This document shows, piece by piece, positions 1 to 8,299 of a stretch of DNA of 32,000 bases (positions are counted from its first letter, which is position 1; each line of letters starts with the position of its first letter). This DNA comes from Pseudoalteromonas translucida KMM 520 (lineage in GTDB: Bacteria > Pseudomonadota > Gammaproteobacteria > Enterobacterales > Alteromonadaceae). The stretch spans positions 270,001-302,000 of the forward strand of contig NZ_CP011035.1 of the NCBI RefSeq assembly GCF_001465295.1, in the 5' to 3' direction. The translations under genes were made by a program, and so were the position numbers. The notes under the pieces were generated by a model, which searched no databases, was not told the origin of the DNA, and worked only from the letters and a program-made list of their open reading frames with translations.

Positions 1-1
1 T

Positions 2-379
2 GCCTTTGATATTGGTAAAGGCGCGCAAAAGGGTGAGCAAAATAATGGTATGAATTCTTTAGCGCGGTTTATTAATATGCATATAGCACATGGTATTAAA
101 CCAGAAAATATAGAGCTGGCACTCGTAATTCATGGCAGTGCAAGCGTAGATGTGCTTGATAATAATACTTATAAAAACCGCTTTGAAGTCGATAACAAAA
201 ATCAAAGCTTAATTGAGCAATTACTTGCTAATAATACGGTGGTTTATGTATGTGGACAGTCGGCCACGCATTATAAAGTAGCTCCTGAACAGTTAATAAA
301 GGGCGTAAAAATGTCGTTATCGGCAATGACAGCACATGCGCAGTTACAACAGCAGGGCTATACGCTAAACCCCTTTTAA
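2..379 (+). CDS. DsrE/DsrF-like family protein, 5' end outside the window
   Basis: The frame is open from the first bases of the window (AFDIGKGAQKGEQNNG precedes the listed Met at 50), so the CDS probably starts upstream. The segment VIHGSASVDVL...VVYVCGQSATHYKV resembles small DsrE/DsrF-fold proteins. Stop TAA 377-379 overlaps the next ATG (TAATG). Confidence 0.55.
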   Translation, partial: AFDIGKGAQKGEQNNGMNSLARFINMHIAHGIKPENIELALVIHGSASVDVLDNNTYKNRFEVDNKNQSLIEQLLANNTVVYVCGQSATHYKVAPEQLIKGVKMSLSAMTAHAQLQQQGYTLNPF

Positions 380-997
380 TGATAAAAAATATATTATGCT
401 TTGGGGATTCCAATACTTGGGGTTTCAATCCGCAAACAGGAAAACGATTTGATGCTACAGTACGCTGGCCTGCAAAGCTTGCTGTAAAGTTAGGGGTTAA
501 TTTTACAATAATAGAAGCTGGGCAGCCTAACCGTACTTTAGTAAATAACTCACCGTTTGCAGGTGAGTTATCGGGCGTGACTTATTTACAGTCTTACTTA
601 AATGAACTTAAAATAGATTTAATTATTATAGACTTAGGTGCTAACGATCTGAAAAAACGGTTTAATTTAAATGTTCACGATATTGCCGCTGGGTTAACAG
701 CATTAATAGATTCAATATTGAATTATTATAAGCAATGCGCCAGGCTCTCCAAAAATTTTAATACTTAGCCCCGCTCATGTACGAGAAGTAGGAAGTTACG
801 CAAGCGTGTACAAAGGGGCAGAGCAAAAAGTGGTGCAATTAGCTGCAGCATTTGCAAATGTTGCTAGTACAAAACAATGCTCATTTTATGACTTGGCAAG
901 GCTTGCGAGTGTTTCAAGTGAGGATGGTGTGCATTTAGATGAAAAACAGCATCAAAAAATTAGTGATGCATTAGAGGCGATTATTCGTGAGTTTTAA
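379..997 (+). pseudogene. SGNH/GDSL hydrolase (arylesterase/lipase-like) split by a single-base frameshift
   Basis: ORF 379-768 carries block I (ILCFGDSNTWG) and the GANDL block. ORF 806-997 carries the C-terminal catalytic DGVHL (D-x-x-H) block. Frame 2 is open from 722 and reads SNAPGSPKILILSPAHV, the expected middle of the family, so the shift lies at about 734-742. The total span is 619 nt, which is 3n+1. Confidence 0.75.
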
Positions 998-1078
998 TTT
1001 TTAAATATTTATTGTAAATATATCATCAGAAACTTGAATTTTCAGTTACTTATGTAATTATTAAAGGACTTTGCATAA

Positions 1079-2647
1079 ATGGGGATACCTCAATTTACAA
1101 TGAAACAGCATCCTAAAAAAATAATAGTAGTACTGCTATCAGGTGGATTTATATTTGCATTAGGTTGCTTTATTCTATTGTACTTTGCGGGTCAAAAATT
1201 AGTAGCGCAAACACGTTCAGACTCACAATATTTACTCTCTCAAGTAGACGATGGTGTAGAGGAAAGCGTTCGTGTTTTAACCCAATTAAATAACCTAAAT
1301 TTTACTACTTGTAACGAAGCGAATTTGCTTGCTATGCGGCGGATGCTATTTGATGCCAAGTTTGCTATTGATATAGGTTACTTCAAAAATAATACATTAA
1401 TCTGTACTACAGGTGCTGGTTTGCTTGAAAAACCTTTACCAGATAACCAACCAGATTATATTGTAAATAAAAACAGACCCTCACAAATAGGCATACGTTT
1501 TGAGCCTGAACTTTACTTATTACTTTTTACTAAGCGCCCACTAAAAGTACTGATTATTCGTCAAGGCAACTATAACCTCATATTAAAATCAGAAGTATTC
1601 GATCCTAAAATTATTGTAACGCCCCATTGGCAGGTTTTTTATAAAGAATCTGAAAACTTATTCCATTTAGCAGGGCAGATAGGGCTTCATAGTAATATAA
1701 AAAGTAATGACTATTTACATTACGAAACGGATATAACGTGTAGTAATAATAATGGCAATTATTGTGTTGCCCTGTATTTGCCATGGGATGTATTTTTTAC
1801 CGATAATCGTCAACTATTTATTATTTCGTTTATTTTAATTTGTTTGGTGAGCATTTCGTGTGGCTTATTAGTTGATGAGCACTTAACTACACGCCGCTCA
1901 ATTGTAAGCAGGATACGTAGGGGATTAAAGAGTGGTAATTTTTATTGGGTTTATCAGCCAATAGTTAATTTACAAAGCGGAAAAACAATTGGTTGTGAGG
2001 TACTTGCGCGCTTTAAAGATGATTACGGGGTGCTTACACCGGATCAATTTATTCCTATACTTAGACAAATTAATTTAACTTGGTCTTTTACCAAAATAAT
2101 GATTAACACTGTGCTTAATGAGTTAGAAAGTGCAGAGCAGCTACCAAGTGAATTTAAGGTATCACTTAATATTTTTCCTTGTGATGTAGAGCAAGGGAAT
2201 GTGTCGTCATTACCGAAAATAGCCGGGTTAATGCAATCTAAATTTGTAATTTGTTTAGAAATAACCGAAGACGAGTATTTAGATTCAACTATTGCTCATG
2301 ACTATTTTAAAACATTAATCGAGTCGGGTTTTCACTTGTCGCTTGATGATTTTGGCACTGGTTATTCAAACTTAAAAAACTTACATAATTTAAGTTTTCA
2401 TCAGCTTAAAATAGACCGTTCATTTGTGCAAGACATAGCTACGGAAGGTTTAAAAGCCTCTATGATCCCTAATATTATGGAACTAGTACACAAATTTGGT
2501 TATACCTGTGTGGCAGAGGGCATAGAAACCACAGCGCAAGAAGTCATTTTAAAAGAAGCAGGGGTACATTACGGGCAAGGCTGGAAGTATGGCCGCCCTA
2601 TGCCTATTTTAGAATTTAAAGAGTATATAGCTAGAACGATAAAGTAA
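1079..2647 (+). CDS. Cyclic di-GMP phosphodiesterase, N-terminal CSS-motif periplasmic sensor plus EAL domain
   Basis: N-terminal TM (IIVVLLSGGFIFALGCFILLYF), a periplasmic segment with conserved Cys (FTTCNEANLL, LICTTGAG) and a second TM. EAL-domain motifs are all present: EVLAR, SLNIF, EITEDE, DDFGTGYS, KIDRSF, EGIET, QG. An alternative start at 1100 is possible. Confidence 0.85.
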   Translation: MGIPQFTMKQHPKKIIVVLLSGGFIFALGCFILLYFAGQKLVAQTRSDSQYLLSQVDDGVEESVRVLTQLNNLNFTTCNEANLLAMRRMLFDAKFAIDIGYFKNNTLICTTGAGLLEKPLPDNQPDYIVNKNRPSQIGIRFEPELYLLLFTKRPLKVLIIRQGNYNLILKSEVFDPKIIVTPHWQVFYKESENLFHLAGQIGLHSNIKSNDYLHYETDITCSNNNGNYCVALYLPWDVFFTDNRQLFIISFILICLVSISCGLLVDEHLTTRRSIVSRIRRGLKSGNFYWVYQPIVNLQSGKTIGCEVLARFKDDYGVLTPDQFIPILRQINLTWSFTKIMINTVLNELESAEQLPSEFKVSLNIFPCDVEQGNVSSLPKIAGLMQSKFVICLEITEDEYLDSTIAHDYFKTLIESGFHLSLDDFGTGYSNLKNLHNLSFHQLKIDRSFVQDIATEGLKASMIPNIMELVHKFGYTCVAEGIETTAQEVILKEAGVHYGQGWKYGRPMPILEFKEYIARTIK

Positions 2648-2703
2648 CGCTTAGCGTATATTATTACTCACGTTTACTCTAAAAATTTAATGTAGGATTT
2701 ACT

Positions 2704-3225
2704 ATGGCTAAATCAATACTCACTGCTCTTTTATTTATACTTCTAGCGGCGTGCTCCACTCAGTACCCCAATCAGCAAGTAATTGGTAAACAATTTCCAA
2801 TGATTAATGGTGAAAGTTTAACACAAAATAAAGTGACTATTCCAAGCGATTTTAATGCAGATAAAACACTTTTGCTTATGGGTTATAAGCAAGATAGTCA
2901 GTTTGACATTGATCGCTGGTTAATTGGTTTAGACATGAGCGGTGTTATTATTCCTACCTACGAACTACCCACTATTGCTGGTATGGCACCTCGTATGTTT
3001 AGCGCAGTTATAGACAGTGGTATGCGCAAAGGAATTCCAAAAGAGCTTTGGGCAGGGGTGATCACTATTTATAAAGACGGCGAAAAAGTACAAAAATTCA
3101 CTGGTAATCAAAATCCCAACAATACCCGTGTAGTACTTATAAATAACAGCGGTAAAATACTTTATTTTTACGATAGAGGCTTTTCAGTTGATGCACTGAA
3201 TAAGTTAAAAGTGAGTATTGAATAA
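2704..3225 (+). CDS. Hypothetical lipoprotein (possibly a thioredoxin-like fold, no CxxC)
   Basis: Signal peptide with lipobox LLAAC-S and a 173-aa ORF with coding-like composition. I recognise no catalytic motif. Confidence 0.55.
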   Translation: MAKSILTALLFILLAACSTQYPNQQVIGKQFPMINGESLTQNKVTIPSDFNADKTLLLMGYKQDSQFDIDRWLIGLDMSGVIIPTYELPTIAGMAPRMFSAVIDSGMRKGIPKELWAGVITIYKDGEKVQKFTGNQNPNNTRVVLINNSGKILYFYDRGFSVDALNKLKVSIE

Positions 3226-3270
3226 TTTACTTTAGTCTTTAAATTTATCTGCTTAGGTTAATTAAAGTGA

Positions 3271-3290
3271 AAGGGAGCGAATGCTCCCTT
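3271..3290. terminator. Hairpin between convergent genes, likely a bidirectional intrinsic terminator
   Basis: AAGGGAGC-gaat-GCTCCCTT forms a perfect 8-bp stem. T-rich sequence follows on both strands (TTTAT on plus, TTTCACTTT on minus). Confidence 0.5.
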
Positions 3291-3305
3291 TATAATGCAT
3301 GTTAT

Positions 3306-5558
3306 TTAAAACTCGTAGCTTACACTAAAACGCGTAGTACGAGGCATAATGTAACGACCATTTGGTGCATCAGCATTACGTGGGTCACCCTCCGTGATGC
3401 CTTGCTCATCAGTTAAGTTATCAATTGCTACTTGAAGCTTAATGCCTTCCATTGGCTCTATAATTAAACCTAAATCAACTTTTTCATAGCCATCGAGTGT
3501 TACAGTGTTCTCGTTATTACCAAAGCGATCATCAACAGCTGAAAGCGTACCGTATAAAGTTGCATACATACCTTGTAGTTCAAAGTCGTAGCTTGGTGTT
3601 ACACGTACTTGCCATTTTGGTTGACGCTGCGATTGGTTGCCATCGTTTGTTGGGCTTTCTGTAATTTCGGCATCTTGTAATGTCGTATTTAAATTAACAG
3701 AAAAACCAGACTCATGATTAAAGTTGTAATCAAGCTCTATACCGTATGCTTCGTTTGTTAAAATTTCAGCGGGTACACCAGGGCGGCGTACAAAGGTGTC
3801 GCCTTTAACTTCGTTTACAAATACGGTTGCATAAAAGTCGGTTGATTCAGTAATTAACTTGTAGCCAAGCTCGCCTTGAGTTATTTCTTTAATAAGCTTT
3901 TCTCCGCCTTCGTAGGCGTCAAAGTTATCTCTAAAGTCATCAAAGTACGGCATTTTATAACCACGGTTAACACGAGCAAATACACCCATGTCATCGTTAA
4001 TTGAATAGTTTAATCCTGTAGTCCAAGACGTTTTACTTTCATCATAGCTAACGGTTTTAGTAATAATACCATCAAGGCCTTCATCTACACTGTATTCTAC
4101 TTCGTGGTTTTCTTGGCGCACGCCAACATCAAGTGTAAACGCATCAGCAAATTTGTATTCACCAGTAACATAAAACGCGTTAGTACGCGCATCACCTGTT
4201 GAGCTTATGTCGTAGTTAAAATCACAGCCATCGGTGCTTTGATTACATCCAATCCCCGTCAATGCTTCGCCACCTGATTCAAGTACATGGTATGCAGTGT
4301 TACCTAAACTCCACCAATCTTTTGCTGAAGTACTTGCAGTGTAATACCCAAAGGTTGTTGATAGGTCGCCAAATTTTTTCGAAAAAGCTAAATCATTAGT
4401 AAATGAGCTGATTTCTTTAAGTACTACCCATCGACCAAGTTGTTGGACTGGGGTGTTGCTTTCGTATTCAGTGTTTGTAACTGCTCCAAATGCGGTTTGG
4501 CCGTTATCAGCAACTGCTCCAACCGTTGTTGCTGAACCACTAGGTACTAAACCGTAGGTATTTGCATCGCCTTTGGTAATGTTAAAGCGATCTGAAAAAT
4601 GCCAACCATCTTTTAGCTCTAGCTTAATACTACCGCCCGAAACATGGCCGTCCCATCCTCGACCATCACCTAGGTCAATATCAAGTGCTTGTGCATCGGG
4701 GCCTGTAAATATTGTTGCTTGACGATTTAGCGTACCAAGTTGCGTATATTCTGCGTCAATACCATCAACATTAAGGGGTGTTGGTAAGTACCATGCACCG
4801 TGATCGTCTGTTTGGCGGGTATAAAAGTTAAGCTCACCGTTGTCTAAATCTTTAGTAATGTTGATTGTAAATTGGCTGCCTTTTTCTGAAGTAAAGCCCG
4901 CATCACGAATACCCGGTGAGCTTTTTACGTAACCGCCAACCATAAAGTATAAATCGTCAGTAATTTCACCACTCATTACAGCATCAACGCGCTGTAAGTC
5001 GTAATCAGAAGTTGTGTATTTAAATAAGCCTTCGGTTTCTTCGCCACCACGTTTTAATCTAAAGTTGGTTGTTAATCCAGGTTGTCCGTTAGATAAAACA
5101 GGGTTAGGTCCACCACGCAGGGCTTCTACTGTCTCAATGGTTTCATCAATACGAAACATTGATGAGTTTTCTAAAAATGACAACGTTGAAGCAGGATAAA
5201 TAGGTGAGCCTTCAATACTGAGTGTTAAAAACGGGGCATCACCCCCACCAGGAAAACCACGAACAAATACATTCGCACCCGATTCACCACCTGAGCTTTC
5301 TACCCAAACACCAGGTATTGCTTTAAACAAGTCGGCGGTGCTTTTAGGAGACAGTTTAATAATTTGCTCGCTATCGATATTAGTAACTGCATAGCTTGCA
5401 TCTATTTTTCTGACACCAACACCGGTAGGTGTTCCCGATACCACAATGCGCTCAACTTTTTGTTTTTCTTGTGTTTGCTCTGCTGCAAATGCGCATTGAG
5501 TGCTAAACGCTAAAGTAATTGCACACGCTAATGTGCTTTTTGCTTTATTGATTTTCAT
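3306..5558 (-). CDS. TonB-dependent outer-membrane receptor, candidate trehalose/oligosaccharide receptor
   Basis: Sec signal peptide (ACAITLAFSTQCAFA-AE), a plug-domain region, long beta-barrel-type sequence and a C-terminal aromatic end (...SVSYEF). It is divergent from a LacI regulator and shares its operator-like palindrome. Confidence 0.9.
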   Translation of the reverse strand: MKINKAKSTLACAITLAFSTQCAFAAEQTQEKQKVERIVVSGTPTGVGVRKIDASYAVTNIDSEQIIKLSPKSTADLFKAIPGVWVESSGGESGANVFVRGFPGGGDAPFLTLSIEGSPIYPASTLSFLENSSMFRIDETIETVEALRGGPNPVLSNGQPGLTTNFRLKRGGEETEGLFKYTTSDYDLQRVDAVMSGEITDDLYFMVGGYVKSSPGIRDAGFTSEKGSQFTINITKDLDNGELNFYTRQTDDHGAWYLPTPLNVDGIDAEYTQLGTLNRQATIFTGPDAQALDIDLGDGRGWDGHVSGGSIKLELKDGWHFSDRFNITKGDANTYGLVPSGSATTVGAVADNGQTAFGAVTNTEYESNTPVQQLGRWVVLKEISSFTNDLAFSKKFGDLSTTFGYYTASTSAKDWWSLGNTAYHVLESGGEALTGIGCNQSTDGCDFNYDISSTGDARTNAFYVTGEYKFADAFTLDVGVRQENHEVEYSVDEGLDGIITKTVSYDESKTSWTTGLNYSINDDMGVFARVNRGYKMPYFDDFRDNFDAYEGGEKLIKEITQGELGYKLITESTDFYATVFVNEVKGDTFVRRPGVPAEILTNEAYGIELDYNFNHESGFSVNLNTTLQDAEITESPTNDGNQSQRQPKWQVRVTPSYDFELQGMYATLYGTLSAVDDRFGNNENTVTLDGYEKVDLGLIIEPMEGIKLQVAIDNLTDEQGITEGDPRNADAPNGRYIMPRTTRFSVSYEF

Positions 5559-5660
5559 ATGTGTGATCCATTTTAGTGTGTGAAACAGTGTGATTTTTTC
5601 AGCTTTATCTCTTAAAATTTAATGTAAATAGGCTGTGTATGTTGAAACCTTAGAGATAAA

Positions 5661-5674
5661 TGCAAACGTTTGCA
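5661..5674. promoter_or_regulatory. Candidate LacI-family operator (perfect 14-bp palindrome TGCAAACGTTTGCA)
   Basis: Perfect palindrome with a central CG, as is typical of LacI/GalR operators. It lies in the divergent region between the TonB receptor (ATG 5558) and the LacI regulator (ATG 5864). A second copy is at 6906-6923. Confidence 0.6.
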
Positions 5675-5863
5675 ATATTTATTTGTAAACTATTTATGAA
5701 TAAATATAGTTTGTTTATTGAGCTTATTTATCAGATAAACAATTTTTAAGACGTTGTTCGCGCCAGCAAAAAATAATAATGCTATATTGTCAGCAGGTTA
5801 GATAATTGTATTAAGCAACCAGAGTGCAGGCTAATTAGTGGCAACCGGCGATTTAGGAAAATC

Positions 5864-6871
5864 ATGAATAATAAAAAAATTAAATTAATTGATTTAGCAA
5901 AACTAGCAGGGGTATCCACTTCAACAGTTTCGCGTGCGCTTAATGATAATCCGCTAATTAAGCAAGAAACCCGCGACAAACTAAAGCGCTTAGCTAAAGA
6001 ACACAATTTTAGCCTGAATACTGCCGCAAGCCGCTTGCGTACTCAAAAAACCAATGTCGTGGCGGTTATAATTAACCTTGACGAACAAACAGAGCAGTCG
6101 ATTAGTGACCCATTTTTACTTAAAGTGGTGAGCGAAATTAACCTTGCGCTTAATCAACAAGGGTTAGAGCTTTTATTATCAAACTCAATAATGGCGCAAG
6201 ACGATTGGGCTAATTACTTTATTAATAGCCGCCGTGCAGACGGCATTATTGTAGTAGGCCAAGGTAAAAACCAAATCAATATCGAAAATGCAGCTAACGC
6301 AGGTATTCCGCTGGTAGTATGGGGGGATCCTAAAACACCCAGTAATTATGCCATTGTAGGAAGTGACAACTATTTAGGGGGCTTGCAAGCAACTACGCAT
6401 TTAATAGAGCATGGAGCTAAAAATATTGTATTTTTAGGTGACCCAGAACACGGTGAAATTAGCGAACGTCATCGAGGGTACTCTGCTGCATTAGCATCTC
6501 ATAAGTTAGAGCAACATGTTGTATCTATTGATATTACAAGTAGCTCTGCGTATCAATCTATTAACCAGTTACTGCGTGAAAAAGGTCTCTATTTTGATGG
6601 TATAGTTGCATGTAGTGACATGGTTGCTTTAGGGGCAATGAAAGCCTTAAAAGAGCGCTATGTAAGCATTCCTAACGATGTAGCCTTAGTGGGCTTTGAC
6701 GACATTGCAATGGCCGACATTAGCCACCCTTCGCTATCAACTATCCGACAAAACACACAATATGCAGCCACGTTATTAGTTGAAAAGCTAATGCAACAAC
6801 TCGCTGGTGAGAAAGTCGAATCACAAGTCATTGATATTGAATTAATTCCCCGTCAATCAAGTAAACGATAG
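5864..6871 (+). CDS. LacI-family transcriptional regulator (likely trehalose-locus repressor)
   Basis: N-terminal HTH (IKLIDLAKLAGVSTSTVSRALN) followed by a periplasmic-binding-protein-like sugar-binding core. AGGA Shine-Dalgarno sequence upstream of the ATG. Confidence 0.9.
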   Translation: MNNKKIKLIDLAKLAGVSTSTVSRALNDNPLIKQETRDKLKRLAKEHNFSLNTAASRLRTQKTNVVAVIINLDEQTEQSISDPFLLKVVSEINLALNQQGLELLLSNSIMAQDDWANYFINSRRADGIIVVGQGKNQINIENAANAGIPLVVWGDPKTPSNYAIVGSDNYLGGLQATTHLIEHGAKNIVFLGDPEHGEISERHRGYSAALASHKLEQHVVSIDITSSSAYQSINQLLREKGLYFDGIVACSDMVALGAMKALKERYVSIPNDVALVGFDDIAMADISHPSLSTIRQNTQYAATLLVEKLMQQLAGEKVESQVIDIELIPRQSSKR

Positions 6872-6905
6872 TTTATAAATCATGTTGAGTTAATGTTAAA
6901 ACTTA

Positions 6906-6923
6906 AATGCAAACGATTGCATT
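6906..6923. promoter_or_regulatory. Second candidate LacI-family operator (AATGCAAACGATTGCATT)
   Basis: An 18-bp near-palindrome (two symmetric mismatches) sharing the TGCAAACG/TTGCA core with 5661-5674. It lies about 125 nt upstream of the MFS-trehalase operon start. Confidence 0.6.
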
Positions 6924-7046
6924 AGCAGTTATTCTAAATTAAACTCAAATCTCACTGATACAAATACACACAGTGTATGCACCCGTTATGGGCATACAAT
7001 AAAGGTCGTTATAGCGTTTAAATAACGCTGTAAATCGAGGGCAGTT

Positions 7047-8285
7047 ATGAGTAAAACAAAAGTCACACTAGCTATTGCAGCAAGTTACTTTATTTTTGCT
7101 ATTTTATTAAATAGTGTAGGTACCGTTATTTTGCAGGCAATAAATACCCTAGGGGTAAGTAAAACAGAAGCCTCAGTTCTTGAAGGGTTTAAAGATTTAT
7201 CCATTGCGGTAATGTCATTTTTAGTGGCTTCGTTTATTCCTCGCTTGGGTTATAAGCTTGCCATGCTTGGGGCACTTACTGTTGTTGCGCTTGCTTGTGT
7301 AAGTACGGCTTTAATTAGTGACTTTTATGCGTTTAAAATTTTATTTGCAGCTATTGGCTGTGGCTTTGCTGTGGTGAAAGTATCGGTTTACTCTATTATT
7401 GGCCAAGTAACAGGCGATGCTAACAGCCACTCTTCATTACTAAACACCATAGAAGGCATTTTTATGGTTGGTGTATTAAGCGGCTATTGGATTTTTACTG
7501 CTTTTATAGATCCAAGTGACTCAACCGCGTGGCTTAACGTTTATTACTTGCTGGCAGCTCTAGCCCTAATTGTAATAGCAAGCGTTATTGCTGCGCCTAT
7601 AAAGCCTGCTATTGTAAGTAAAACTAAACGCTCAAGCTGGTATGACTTTATAGCTATGCTAAAGCTAACATATCAACCATTAGTGCTCATATTTATAATT
7701 AGCGCTTTTTTATACGTGCTAATTGAGCAGGGAGTAGGTACTTGGTTACCCACATTTAATAATGAAGTTTTAAAACTTCCTGTCGCTATTAGTATTCAGT
7801 TGGCTAGTATTTTTGCTGCAGCACTTGCGCTTGGGCGCTTAGTGGCAGGGCAAGTACTAAAACACATTAATTGGTTTGTTGTATTGTGCAGTTGTTTAAT
7901 TGCTATGGCTGGTTTAATACTCATTACCTTGCCACTTACCGAAAATATTACTGAAAATAACGTCACGAGTTTATTTGACGCTCCTCTTGCTGCATTTGTT
8001 TTACCGTTAATTGGTTTTTTTATGGCGCCTATTTATCCGGTACTTAACTCCGTTATGCTCAGCGCGCTTGAAAAACATCGTCATGCCGCTATGACTGGCT
8101 TAATTGTGGTTTTTTCAGCACTTGGAGGCACAACAGGCTCAATAATAACCGGTTATGTATTTGAGCACTTTAGTGGCCAGCATGCGTTTTACCTTTCTTT
8201 GGTTCCTATTAGTTTAATTTTTATTAGCGTGGTTTTTTTCAAAAAACGTACAGATGTTATCTCACAACACGCAACCACAGCTTAA
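7047..8285 (+). CDS. MFS sugar transporter (FucP/FHS-like), candidate trehalose permease
   Basis: A 412-aa protein with about 12 hydrophobic segments and MFS-like organisation. It sits immediately upstream of trehalase with a 14-nt gap. Confidence 0.8.
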   Translation: MSKTKVTLAIAASYFIFAILLNSVGTVILQAINTLGVSKTEASVLEGFKDLSIAVMSFLVASFIPRLGYKLAMLGALTVVALACVSTALISDFYAFKILFAAIGCGFAVVKVSVYSIIGQVTGDANSHSSLLNTIEGIFMVGVLSGYWIFTAFIDPSDSTAWLNVYYLLAALALIVIASVIAAPIKPAIVSKTKRSSWYDFIAMLKLTYQPLVLIFIISAFLYVLIEQGVGTWLPTFNNEVLKLPVAISIQLASIFAAALALGRLVAGQVLKHINWFVVLCSCLIAMAGLILITLPLTENITENNVTSLFDAPLAAFVLPLIGFFMAPIYPVLNSVMLSALEKHRHAAMTGLIVVFSALGGTTGSIITGYVFEHFSGQHAFYLSLVPISLIFISVVFFKKRTDVISQHATTA

Positions 8286-8299
8286 AAGTAAGGAAAGTT

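Noticed and set aside
2704-3225. The lipoprotein next to the CSS-EAL gene as a redox partner controlling the CSS disulfide.
   Set aside because: The mature protein contains no cysteines (the only Cys is the lipobox Cys), so a thiol-disulfide role is not supported.
5559-5863. Fur box upstream of the TonB-dependent receptor.
   Set aside because: There is no good match to GATAATGATAATCATTATC. The context (LacI regulator, trehalase) argues for sugar rather than iron regulation.
6975-7029. Two small hairpins (GTATGC...GCATAC and AGCGTT-taaat-AACGCT) in the 5' leader of the MFS-trehalase operon, as a possible attenuator or riboswitch.
   Set aside because: The stems are short, there is no U tract or alternative pairing I can see, and they resemble no riboswitch class I know.
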